DNA of 64,000 nt. Source: Magallana gigas (lineage: Eukaryota). Shown piece by piece: positions 37,524 to 50,800 of this stretch. The stretch is taken from the NCBI RefSeq assembly GCF_963853765.1, contig NC_088857.1, positions 38,626,001-38,690,000 of the forward strand, written 5' to 3'. The notes beneath the pieces are model-generated. The model searched no databases and was not told where the DNA came from. It was given only the letters and a program-made list of their open reading frames with translations. The position numbers and the translations under genes are program-made. The first letter of the stretch is position 1. The number at the start of each line of letters is the position of its first letter.

Positions 37524-40500
37524 GACAGGCTCGGGAGTAGGAGTGCGGATTTATCTATCATCGCATGGAATGTTAATAAAGGCCTAAAAACTAAACTAGA
37601 TAATCTAGACTTTGTAGAACATATAATAAAATATGATATAATTATTTTATTAGAATGTTGGATAAATCAAGATGATTGTTTCGATCTACATGGATATAAT
37701 AATTATAGTTTTCATAGAACAAATGGAAAAGGAGGTGGCATTGTTATCTTTATTAAAAACATGTTAGACATGAACATATCAATTGTAGACCAATTTTGTA
37801 GTACTGTTGTCTGGATACGTTTTGAACATAAAAGTAAACAAGGTACACCCATTTTTGTAGCTGCATGTTATATACCCCCAGAAAGTAGTGTGTTTTATAA
37901 AAAAGAGAAAGTTGATATTTTTGATTATTTAGAAGAATCTTATTGTAGTTTTCACCGTAAAGGTCATATACATGTGGTAGGGGACTTTAATGCCCGGTGT
38001 GGAACTTTGGATGATTTTATTTCTGATGACAAGCTTGAAAAGTCAGTAGAAAAGAATTTACAGTCATTTGTAGACTATGACAATAATGTCAATGTATACT
38101 GTAGACATAATGCAGACAGAGGAGTTAACAACTTTGGTAAAAAGTTGATTAATTTGTGTAGAACTACAGGATTGAAAATTGTTAATGGAAGAAATAAAAA
38201 TGACTATAATGGTAATATCACTTTTTATAACGCCAATGGAACTAGTACGATAGATTATTTACTTACAGATGTGTACAATTTTGACAATATTGCTTATTTT
38301 TCAACAGGTATTTTTAACTGTTTCTCCGATCATGCACCTCTTTCTTTTTGTATTAAAACTAACTACATAGATGGGGGATCAAAAGCCTTGTGCTGTGCAA
38401 ACACTTCACAAGGGAACGGGAGTATAAATCAATGTACTTCAGTTAGATGGAAAGAAGGTGCTGATTTAGAAGCTACGTGGTCAATAAGTGAACACTATGA
38501 TTTATTTTTGTCATATGTAGAAAACCAGTTATATACACAAGAAGATGTTGACAATTGTGTAGCGAATTTTAGTAAGACACTCTGTAAAATAATGAAGCCC
38601 TATTGTATTATCACTGGTGGACTGGCAAATACAGTTATGGATGCAGAACGTTGTATTGATAAACCCTGGTTTAATGATATTTGTAAATCAAAATACCGTG
38701 ATTATAGAGGTGCACTGCATAATTTTAATGTATGCAAGTCGGATGTAAATAGAATTGTACTTTGTGCAAAGAAAAAGGTTTATAAAAAAACAGTCCAGAA
38801 GTTTAAGCATAACTACGAACGATATCAGGGAGACAGAATGGAATACCTAAGAAAATGTAACCCAAAGCAGTTTTTTCGTTTATTTAAGAATAATAAAAAA
38901 ATCAGTTGTGATGTAAGTGCCAAAGAGTTTTTTGAGCATTTTAAGAACCTTTTTGAAAATGTAAAAACTACTACTTATGACAACACTAGTGATGATTATG
39001 AAATATTACCATGTTATGAAGAGTTAGATGTGTGTATTTCAGAATTAGAGGTTGAGAAAGCTATTTTGAAACTGAAAAGTAACAAGAGTAATGCTGAAGA
39101 TGGTGTAATTAATGAATTTTTTTCGAAATGTAAAGAGGTTATGATACCTATTTTGTGTAGACTTTTTAATAATATATTCGACTCTGGCTTTTACCCAGAC
39201 AATTGGTCAAAAGGTTGTATTGTACCAATTTTTAAAAAAGGTGAAATGCAAGATTTAAACAATTATAGAGGTATCACATTAGTTAGTTGCTTGGCAAAAC
39301 TATTTACAAGTATTATAAATACTAGATTGTTAGAATGGGACCAGAGATATAATATCATTACTGATGCTCAGTTTGGTTTTAAACCAGGGGTAGGTACAAT
39401 TGATGCCATATTTGTACTACAGAATCTCATAAGTAGAACTTTAAAAAACAAAAAAAGATTGTACTGTTGTTTTGTGGATTATACAAAGGCCTTTGACTTA
39501 ATTGATAGATCAAAACTATGGTATAAATTGCAAATGGAGGGTTTTGGAGGAAAATTGTTACGTATTATTAAGTCTCTATATAAGAATGTAAGAGCATGTG
39601 TTAAACATGAAGGTACATTTACAGAAACATTTAGAATCTCAGCTGGAGTTCTACAAGGTGAAATATTGTCTCCATTATTATTTTCAATGTACCTTAATGA
39701 TTTTGAAAGATATTTTATAAATAGTAATTGTACATCAATTGAATTACAAATGATTAATATGTTTTTAATTATGTATGCTGATGATACTGTCCTTTTGGCA
39801 GAATCGCCCGAGGGTTTACAGGATATGCTGAACACATTGCACAGATATACTGATGAATGGAACTTATCTGTTAATGTACAAAAAACCAAAATTGTAATTT
39901 TTAGAAACGGAAAATGTGTTAAAGACAATGAAAAATGGGAATACAATAGCAAATACGTAGAAGTAGTGAATCAATTTAACTACTGTGGAATCATTAAATT
40001 TCGTGGGGGCCAATTTTCGTGGATGACTTAAATTTTACAGGTTCGTGGGGACGTAATTTCGTGTATTCATATATATCTACAAAAGGGAATATGACTTTAT
40101 TACCCTAATTCATCAATTCGTGAAGGATGTTATTTCGTGGATGAGAGGTACCCACGAATTCCACGAAAAATGAGCCACCACGAAATCTAATGATTTCACA
40201 GTATCTTGGTATGTTGTTTAACTACAATGGTAAATTTTTATCTACACAAAAGCACTGTGCAGCACAGGGAAATAAAGCAATGTTCAGCATATCTAGTAAA
40301 ATGAAAGATTTGAATTTTAATGTTGAAACTCAATTGAATGTTTTTGATACTTATGTAAAAAGTGTACTTAGTTATGGTGCTGAAATTTGGGGATTCCATA
40401 AAGGTCAAGATGTAGAAAAAGTCCATATAAATTTTTGTAAGAAGGTTTTGGTTGTCAGAAAAAATACTTGCAACAGTGCAGTTTATTATGAAGTAGGTAG

Positions 40501-41173
40501 ATTTCCATTAGAGATTTTCAGGAAACAAAAAATTTTTAAATACTGGTTTAAATTAAGAAACAGTAAAAACTGTATTTTAAAAGCATGCTACGAAGACATG
40601 GTGAAAAATAATGACATATGGATTTCAAATATTAGGAAAGAATTGTCCATCTTAGGCTTAGCCGATTTATATCAAAGTACTATGAAAGAGTCTGTTATTT
40701 TAGATATTATATTTAATAGAATGTGTGATGTCTTTAAACAAAAAGTTGTTAACGATATAAGCAATGCATCAAAATGTATATTATATAAACATGTTGTTGA
40801 TCATTTTTGTTTACAAGTTTACCTAAAGAAACCAATTCATGTAAAATATCGTAAATTAATTACACGCTTACGGTTGTCCTCACATGACTTAAAGATTGAA
40901 ACAGGGAGGTATGAAAATTTAACACGTGATTGTCGAAAATGTGAATCTTGCAACTTAAATGTAATTGAAGATGAGTTCCATTTTTTACTTATTTGTCCAT
41001 CACTTTGTAGTTTAAGAGATGAGTATATTAAAAAATACTACTCCCGAAAACCAAGTGTCTATAAAGTTATACAGTTATTATCTACCTCTAATACTAAAGA
41101 ACTGTGTAATTTAGGTAAATATCTATATTATGCAAACAAGCAACGAACTCTCCATGTGAATTATCCAAATTGA
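37524..41173 (+). CDS. LINE ORF2 (endonuclease + reverse transcriptase), 1142 codons after removing the MITE; disrupted in this copy
   Basis: APE motifs WNVNKGL, ILLECW, GDFNAR, IDYLL, SDHAP; RT motifs FVDYTKAFD, GVLQGEILSP, YADD; C-terminal RKCESC...EDEFHFLLICP. Joining 39982 to 40204 restores FNYLG and one open frame. Confidence 0.9.
39983..40201. mobile_element. Tc1/mariner-like MITE (219 bp) inserted in the LINE RT
   Basis: TIR CTGTGGAATCATTAAATTTCGTGG / CCACGAAATCTAATGATTTCACAG; TA duplicated at 39981-39982 and 40202-40203. Confidence 0.92.
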
Positions 41174-41877
41174 TTATGTACACTTTATTTTTCTTACTGT
41201 TTATTTAATATGTATAACCTATGAGACATTTGTCTCTTGGAATAAAGAACTTGATACTTGATTATATATAAATTCCCATTGCAATTCAATGAGAACAGAT
41301 TACAACAACAATGTGTGCTAAATAAGAAATATCATAAATCAAAACCATATTTTATCATAACATTTAATGGTTGATATATAAACATTAAAAATATACAAAG
41401 CATAAAAATATATTATTAAACTTTTTTCATAGACAACAAATCCACAACAAAAAATCTTATGAATATCTCTAAATATGTACTTAATGGTGTTTTATGATTT
41501 TCTACAAAGCAATTAAATATACAGCACTTCAAATATTTTATAACCAACAGACAAACTGATCTCAGGTCAAATTTGACACTTTTTATATCTGACCAAAAAA
41601 ACCAACTGCTCATTTTGGAAAAATTGTCCTTTAATATACCACAGTAAAACAAAATTATTCACTTTAAAAGCATCTCTAAAAAACACAGCTTTTGAATGGC
41701 ATGTATTATTTTTCATATACATATACATGTATTTTACATATTTACAGGATTATTTCCATCCCTCACTGCAAAAGCAAACAGTGGTTATCTGGGGGACTGG
41801 ACGTATCACAGTTTGCAGTAGACCTAAGTACACAGCAACATATATAGATATATTTAGAATCTATATACAGCCACTCC

Positions 41878-44800
41878 TCATCCATTGGGAAGTTCATCTA
41901 TGTCAAAATGGCAGATCTCTGCAGCCTCCTCTCCAATAGAGTGACGAACATGGAGTCTGAAAGAGAAAGTGTACACGTTTAACTCAGGCACAAATCATAC
42001 GTACATGTATTTCTGTGAAGGACATTATGTTTTTGTTTTGTTGGAAGGAAAGGGAAAGGCTTACTTTAAATCATCTTCGGTGATGGTCCCATTCTGTATC
42101 ATCCTGTCAACTTCTTTCAAATTCTTAGCACCGAAATTTTCCACACATTGTCTGAAGAGTAAACAGCAATGTTCTTGTCAATAATGGTACAGCATTTTAA
42201 AAACAGTGACTAACAACTATATCTGGGGAGATCAGCATAGCTACAAACAGTATGGAATGATGTGTTTGAAATAATACTACAGAGTAAAATATATATGAAG
42301 TAAGTACAAAGTAGATGTATTTCTCTAATTCTAATACATTTGTACACACTAATTAGATGCAGATCATAAAAAAAGTTATACAAGTACCTGTTAAAGATGG
42401 CTGTTTGACGAAACTGCTTCTGTAAGATTTTGTCATCAGCAAAGAATACATCCACTGGTTCTAGTTCTTGAGCTTCACGTGCTTGATTGACAATATCATC
42501 TAGATCCTGCAAAATAAAAATGAAATCTTGCCAACAAATGTCAAATTCAATATCTTTTTGAACTTCTAAACCAAATTTCACTGTAAAGAAACTTTTCAAT
42601 ATTTCATTTGCATAAAAATTAAAGTGAATTCAATAATATAGATAAAGATATTGTATTTCAAATTTTTTTTTAAAAATAGAATAAGTACAAAGTTCCTTTA
42701 CTCACTTCACTGGAGTCATACTCCTCAAAGTCATCATCATACTCTGCATCCGAGCTGTCTGCTGCCTTCTCACAATTGTCAGGAATCTCTGCATGTTGGG
42801 AACAGAATACCATTAAATGCGACAAACTATAGTATATTTTCTATTACATCTTATGCTGATCTGTTCATACATGTATTATAAGAAATTAATTTGATAGCGA
42901 CAAAATCTAACCTCATAGTCACTGTGTTACTACAATACAGTTTCGCTTTCTTTCCAAAACAACTTTGTACTGGTAATTATAAAGCATAAACTGCACAACT
43001 AAGTTTATACTCTTGTAAAACTCTGTATCTATTGGATTTATTTGATAAGGTACTGTGTTAGCAAGAAAAAATGTTTGCAAGTATCATAACGTAATAGATG
43101 ATCCATGCAAATTGGCCTCCTTGAACTTTTCAGCTTTTTGTATCTATGCAATAAATGTACGCAGTCCATCATAGCTTCAGTTTCAAGCTATTTAACTCTC
43201 GCTCTCTACAAGTGATGTTGTATAAGGTACATGTAAGTAATTGATCCATTCAATCTTACCATCATCATCTGAGGAATCAAAGTCATCAGAATATTCAGCC
43301 TTTCCTTCCCCATTTGAATCATTCATAACTGCAATAAACAAGATATCTGTGAGCCAATGCTCACTAGTGCTACCCCCGCTCTGATGTGAATATGCAAAAT
43401 AAGCAAAGTCGACATTTAACAGAAAGCTGGCATCCGATTGGTACAGAAATATATCCCACAATATGGCATGCCTAAACAAATAATGTGTTAAAATTTCAAG
43501 CATCTGCGATAAATAGCTGCTGAGAAATCTTTGACAAAAATTTGTTTGAAAATTTTGGCTAAAATAAAGTTAAAACAAAGTACTCATTTAACAGGAAGTT
43601 GACATCTGATTGGTACAAAAATATATCCCACAAAATGGCATGCCTTAACAAACACTGTGTAAAAATTTCAAGCACCTGCGATAAATAGCTGCTGAGAAAT
43701 CTTTGACGAAAATTTGTTTGAAAATTTTGGCTAAAAATAAACAAAGTCATCATTTAACAGGAAGTTGACGTCCGATTGGTACAAAAATATATCCCACGAT
43801 ATGGCATGCCTATACAAATATTGTGTAAAAATTTCTAGCATCTGCGATAAATAGTTGCTGAGAAATCTTTGACAAAAATTTGTTTGAAAATTTTGGTTAA
43901 AAAATAAGCAAAGTCATCATTTAACAGGAAGTTGACGTCTGATTGGTACAAAAATATATCCCACAATATGGCATGCCTTAACAAACACTGTGTAAAAATT
44001 TCAAGCATATGCGATAAACAGTTGCTGAGAAATCTTTGACAAAAATTTGTTTGAAAATTTTTGCTAAAAATAAACAAAGTACTCATTTAACAGGAAGTTG
44101 ACGTCCGATTGGTACAGAAATATATCCCACGATATGGCATGCCTATACAAATAATGTGTACAAATTTCAGGCATCTGCGATAAACATTTGCTGAGAATTC
44201 TTTGACAAAAATTTGTTTGAAAATTTTTGCTAAAAATAAACAAAGTCGTCATTTAACAGGAAGTTGACGTCCGATTGGTACAAAAATATATCCCACAATA
44301 TGGCATGCCTATACAAATATTGTGTAAAAATTTCAAGCATATGCAATAAATAGTTGCTGAGAAATCTTTGACAAAAAATTTGTTTGAAAATTTTGGTTAA
44401 AAAATAAGCTAAGTCTTCATTTAACAGGAAGTTGACGTCTGATTGGTACAAAAATATATCCCACGATATGGCATGCCTTAACAAACACTGTGTAAAAATT
44501 TCAAGCATCTGCGATAAACAGTTGCTGAGAAATCTTTGACAAAAATTTGTTTGAAAATTTTTGCTAAAAATAAACAAAGTACTCATTTAACAGGAAGTTG
44601 CTGAGATAAATGCGACAGAAATTTTTGTTACGCACGGACAGACAGACAGACACACAAGGGTAAAACAGTATACCCCCTCTCCTTTGGAGCGGGGGTATAA
44701 TTATAAATACCAATTAAGCTTTTACTTTAAAAAATGTTAAAATGATAAATTGGTCGATCTGCATTTGATAAATTAACATTTTATCACCCTGCTTATTTTG

Positions 44801-47800
44801 AAACTAAAAAAAATACTGTGAAATCATTTCAATTCATGGGTCTCAATTATGTGGATTGTCATTATTCTTAAGGTTCATGGGGAAGTGAAACTCGTGGTAT
44901 CTTATCAGAATGTGTTTTAAAATAGTTCAATGGGATTGCCAACTTGTGAGTAGGGGATACTGAGGAAACTGAAGAAAAAATTTGAGCCACCATGAATTGT
45001 AACGATTCAACATTATAAAGTTATTTACCTAGACCACTGTCCTTTTGGTGTGCATGTTTCACGGCTTTCTCTGGAGACCCCTGCTTTCTGTTTATGGCTG
45101 GACTCGCAGACACAGAACTGTTGGCACTGTCGGTAAAACAAAACATAATTTCCTACTTATTTGTATAATTTTTTTAGGAAAATCAATAGACATTGCTTAT
45201 ACATGTACATGTAAATACATTTTTTACGATGAATGATGTCTTTAGAAATTAAAGCACACATCCAATGCATGTCCTAATACATGCTCATGCACATTTAACC
45301 TTGGAAACTCCATACCTATTTCCCTTACTCCTGGACTGATCCGAGACACTGAGGTATGGGGAAGATCTGGAATTTTCCTTGTTGGTTTTTAACTGAAGTA
45401 AATTTTCTTTCTCCTGGATAAAGTCCGCCAGATGTTGCTTAACATAGGGCATGTTGAGAATGGCACTGGCGCTGTAAAAAATTAAAATCTATAGGCCTGA
45501 AGATAAATTACTGATATATGTTGTTCATGTAATAAAAGGGGATGAGTTCAAAGGTTATAATGGATTGGCATTGACTAAAGTTGCTGTTTCTGATGAAGAA
45601 GGTAAAATCACAATTCTTTTTTTGTGTTTCTTTTTGTCAAAGTTTACAATAAATCATTTTATATGAAGCAACAGAATATATCTCCCATACGTTAAATTTT
45701 AACGATATAAACCAGCATGTAATTTCTGTTGAATTCATACATGCAAGCTCTTATTTTACAGAAGGGCTGAAATTTTTTATACAATTTCTTTAATGACAGT
45801 GATAAAAGAATTATCCTTTAAGAGAGCGACACTCCTTTTAAAATAGTTGTATAAAAGTAGTGAAAAGATTAATCATCAATGCAACACAGTAGAGAGGTGA
45901 GCTGACCTTGGTCTGTCCTCTGGTGTCTTCTGGAGAATGGCTGTGACAAGCTCATGCAGAGAATCAGAGTAATGGGACGGAATAGGCTAGAGAGTAGTAG
46001 AGAACTCATCCAGGTATATGTCATGCAATATTATTTACAAAATGAAAATTAATGAATCTTGGATAAAAGTTAAAGCAATATGTGCCATTTTTTTAATTTT
46101 GTTTCAAACCCCTATTTTTATAATAATTCTACAAGTAACTGAAACCTTCACAAAAAATCAAATGTAAACAAATCATGAAATATTATCAGATCCGTATAAA
46201 TTTTTTGATATGGATGATTAAGTAAATCAATTTTAGTGCAGGATGAAAATGATGAAATTTAGCTTCAGTCAGGCCATTATTAAGCATATGACTAATGATC
46301 ATTCATATATAACAGAGATTTCTTTTCATTTTTTTTTTATTGAAGGAGTAGATTATGGTAAAGATTTTCAATTCATATTTGTGTGAACATAATAAAATAT
46401 TTGTATCCAGGTCCTGACTTCTACTGATCAAGTAAGCACAAGAATATGGAAAAGCATTACCAATTGACTGATCAAATTATTAATACATGTAGTATAAAGT
46501 TGTAGATGTAAATGGATGCGACTAAAGATTGCAAAGTGTGTTTTTTACAGACAAGTTGAATTTCATATAAACCCCAATTAGTTTTCTAGTTCTCCCGATG
46601 GTTTTTATCTTTTAATGTAAAGTCTTGTACTGACCTGATATTCTGCTTTGATGATTTTGAACAGCAGGCTGACCAGATTCTGCCCATCAAATGGGGGTTG
46701 TAGAGCACACATCTCATATAAAACACAACCCAGTGCCTGCATACAATACAATTGAGTGTTATTGTGGGAATGTCAGTACCGATGCATGTACAGAGAGAAT
46801 CACATGCATGTTGAAAAATAATCCTCAAATTTTAATTATGATGAAATTGAAAATTAAAAAGTGTTTTGCAACAAGATCTACCACTAAATCTTGTACAACT
46901 CAGATAATCTTGGTTGTCCTATTCTATGTGTAGTTTATTAATAAACTTGTTTTATGCAAATTTATAAGAAACATCTTTCAACAATGTTCACAGTAGTTGA
47001 TATCACAGAATAAAGCCTCTCAGTTATAAAAGTGTTTCAAATATTCATTGAACAGAATATGTAAAGTTTTGCAAATATCATAGACATACTGGTATATAAG
47101 ACATTGGATATTGTGTTCCTGTATTAGTATATGGTTGTATCTTTGAGTATGCATGACCTTATTTTTACTTGTTGAATGTGTGCTACATAGTGATGATACC
47201 TTGTAAAAACAGTAATTGGAAGTGTATCCTAGATATTTGATGATTTTTTTTAAACTTTTAAATTCAATACACAATTTTCATCTACAAAGATATTATACCT
47301 TCAGACTAGATCTATACAGATATCAAGCATTGAGAACATTTAAGATAAACTGATACAGTACAGTTATACTGCTGAAGAAAATCTTGCCAGCCCCAGATAC
47401 AGAAATTAACAACCAGGATAATGAACTATACACCATCATTACAGTGATGTTAGACTTTGTATGTGATATATGCTACCTAGATATTGGACTGTAAGATAAC
47501 TTTCTCAGATATCGGACTTGGAGATGACTTACCCATATATTAGACAAAGAGATGACTTAACCAGATACCAGACTCTAAGATATGTGTACTTACCCAGATA
47601 TCAGACTTGGAGCTGTAAGGGATATCCTGGCAGAGTTCTGGACTGAGATATGATGGAGTTCCTACCACTGTCTTTGCTACATCTATTGTATTATCCAAGA
47701 CTTTGGAAATCCCAAAGTCACCTGATCATGTGAGAGAGAAGTATACATATTCACAAACTAAATGTAAATAGAATATATATAAATGTAAAATGAAAATTTC

Positions 47801-50800
47801 AAAGTTCTATTCATTGAATTTGATTCTCTTGAAAAGCATGCAATCAAAATGAGATTCTTCTGAAACCCAATGTGCATACTGCAAAAGTAATTTTGTTTAA
47901 CACACATAATGTACAGACCATTACTGTACACATTTTTTAAATGCCATTGCAGTACATGTATTTAACTCACATGAAATGCATATAAATCATGAAAAATTAT
48001 CCCTTAAAGGAACTTGGACACAATTTAAGATCAAAATTTAGTTTAATTTTTTATGTCTAAGATGGTTTACTGGTGCATTTTAAATGATTGACCAAAATAT
48101 TGAATGTTAAAGTCAAGTTAGAAGCGAGATACAGAGATAAGAATTGGTTGTTATGTAACAAAAGCTGGAGTCCTATAGTTGTTTACAAAAAAGGTAATGT
48201 AGAGATTTCACATTTCTTAGACAAAATGACAAGTAAAAAACAATTTAAACTAACTCAGTATCTTCATAAATACTATTATCAACAGAAGAAAGATACAATT
48301 GATTGAAACTAATACCAATACAACAAATATGTAAAAAAAGACAATGTTGGAGCTTTGTTTACAAAACAAAGAATTATGAACTCTGTATCTTGTTTATAAC
48401 TTGATATTTGACTTTGAAATTTTGACAAAGCATTAAAACTTTCTATATTTATCAGTATAAACATTGAAAATTGAAAAATAAAATTTGAAGATTTTAAGTC
48501 AAATCGTGTCCAAGTCCCTTTAATGATATTAAATCCTTGACAGAGGTAAAAAAAAAAAAATCTTGGTGACTACTATAAAATTTGCATGCAACTATTATTA
48601 CCTTTGCATATTCATTAAAATTTTCAGTACATGTACTAGTATATATTTTGGGATGAAACTTACGACAACGGAATTCACATAAAAAATGATACCCATCTCC
48701 CTTTTTTTTTTTTTTTTTTTAATAAATGGAAACATACCTAGTTTAACCAGGTTTTTCTTTGTGAGAAACACATTTTCTGTTTTCAAATCTCTGAAAAAAT
48801 TGATTAATTTTAATTGAACATAAAAGGTGAAAAGAATATTGTGTTAAAAAATAATAAAAATTAATTAAATTCGTAGAATATAGTGCTTTAAAAACTGAAT
48901 ATTATTAGTGAATATTTACCTGTGTAGGATCTTGTTGGAATGTATGTATTGGACTGCCATTAAAATTTGCACAAACCACTACAAGACAAAAATAATGGAA
49001 CAACAATTAATGTTGTTTAATAGTCATATGTTTCTTGAAGCTTAAGAACCCTCTATATACAAATAAAAGAACATTTTGGACTTTAAAAATGCATTGCATT
49101 AAGTCATTAAGACTGAGTTTATCTAGTTTCTTTCAATATGGGAAATGTGCCATTTTTCAACAGGAAAAAATAGTCAACACAACGAATTGCTTTCAAGTGA
49201 ACAGAAATCTCTTTTGCTAACTCAAATGTGTAAAATACAAATCTCTGTACATTTACAATGTCTACAAAAACCTATCTTAAATTGGTCCAATATTATATTT
49301 AGAATTCCTTAATTGATTACAAACTATGCCATACACTGTATATTATATTTTATTCTATTTTACATTAAAGGGCAGATCACTCTAACTGTAAATTAGAATT
49401 CATAGTGAGCAGTTTAGCAAACACTCATCATAACTTTTGGAAATCTGCATATATGCATACTTACATTCATAATCTGTTTTTCTTCAAAATGATTCTTTTT
49501 CTAGAAAATAAAAACATTACTTTTAAACATACTTATTTCCAAAACAAAAGAAACTTAATTTTATTGCAAAATTCATGCAAGTGTATTTAGATTGCCTTGA
49601 GAGAGAAACTTACATTTGCAGCTGCCGTAATTTTTTCATCTAAATTACCTCCATCACAAAAATCCTAAAAAAAAAAATCCTTAAACATGAATTAGGAGAT
49701 ACATTTATACTATACATGTATAATCATATATGTACTCAATTCACCACTTTTTCATTCATTCCTATTAAGGCAAAAAAGCCATTTTCCTTCGATTTTAATA
49801 ACAAAAAAAGAAAAAGAAAGAGAAAGAGAGAGAAAGCATGTAGTTGCCTCTTTCCAATTTTCTTTTCCCGCTTCTTTTTAAGCATAATTATATCAAATTT
49901 ATTGAAGCATATGAAAAGAAGACAAAATATTGAGGTACATACATATCGAAATACTACATACCTGCACTATATACAAAAAATATTCATCATCATCAAAAAA
50001 TGATTCATGATATGACACAATGTGTGGGTGCTTCAACTTCTCCAAAATTCTAAGGGAAAGAAAAAAAAATGTAAACACTATCAAAAGACACTATCATTCC
50101 TATACTATTGCTATATGAAAATAAATCAAACGTGTACATGCACTAGTATTTATATCCAGTAATATATAAATTATGCTCATAGTTCTGTAAAAGCATCAAA
50201 TTTAAAAACTAAATTCTCTTTCATATCATATTATCGCACTAAAAATCTTATCATAATAATAATTTGAATTTTCATTTTGGAATTATACATACATATATAT
50301 TGATTATTATTATCTTTTTATTGTTCTTTTTTAATAAATATTTATTAAACACAATACATTTGGATGCAAGATAATACCTCCCCAGAGGCTCTCTTGATAT
50401 ACATAATCATCTTTTTATTGTTAATAAAAAATAATGACAGTAATGTTTATGATTTCCTATACTGAAGGACAAATTAATGTGTGTTCACAGTCCTGTTACC
50501 AGTACATGTACAACAATGTACTGGTAGTAACAAATGTATAATTTCAGATGCACTGTTTTTGTTGTTTTTATAATACCTAGCTTCTTTCTGCACAGCTTCC
50601 CTTGTTCTGTTCTTCCTTGATTCATCTAATTCAACCTTCTTTAGTGCACAATACCTACCAAAAATAAAGGATGATTTAAGATTGAGACTGCTTTAGACAA
50701 GAAACACAACTGTCTAATGATTTTTCACATCTGTTATATGATCGGAAAATTTATAAGATTTCTCATGCTGAAAGTACAGTACCGATCAGACCCAACCTAA

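Larger units (their letters stand above)
37280..41261 (+). mobile_element. 5'-truncated non-LTR retrotransposon (APE + RT + C-terminal Cys/His motif; RTEX-like by inference)
   Basis: ORF1 C-terminal remnant (YVNGKLYKGP...) to 37523, then ORF2. The 3' UTR has a GAGAC-ATTT-GTCTC stem-loop (41223-41236), AATAAA (41241-41246) and an (ACTTGA)-like tail. 5' boundary is approximate and no TSD was found. Confidence 0.9.

Noticed and set aside
43192-44586. Family of similar 60-120 aa ORFs ([10 protein letters not shown]...)
   Set aside because: Translations of the ~167-bp satellite monomers; only 43260-43328 is a real NEK exon.
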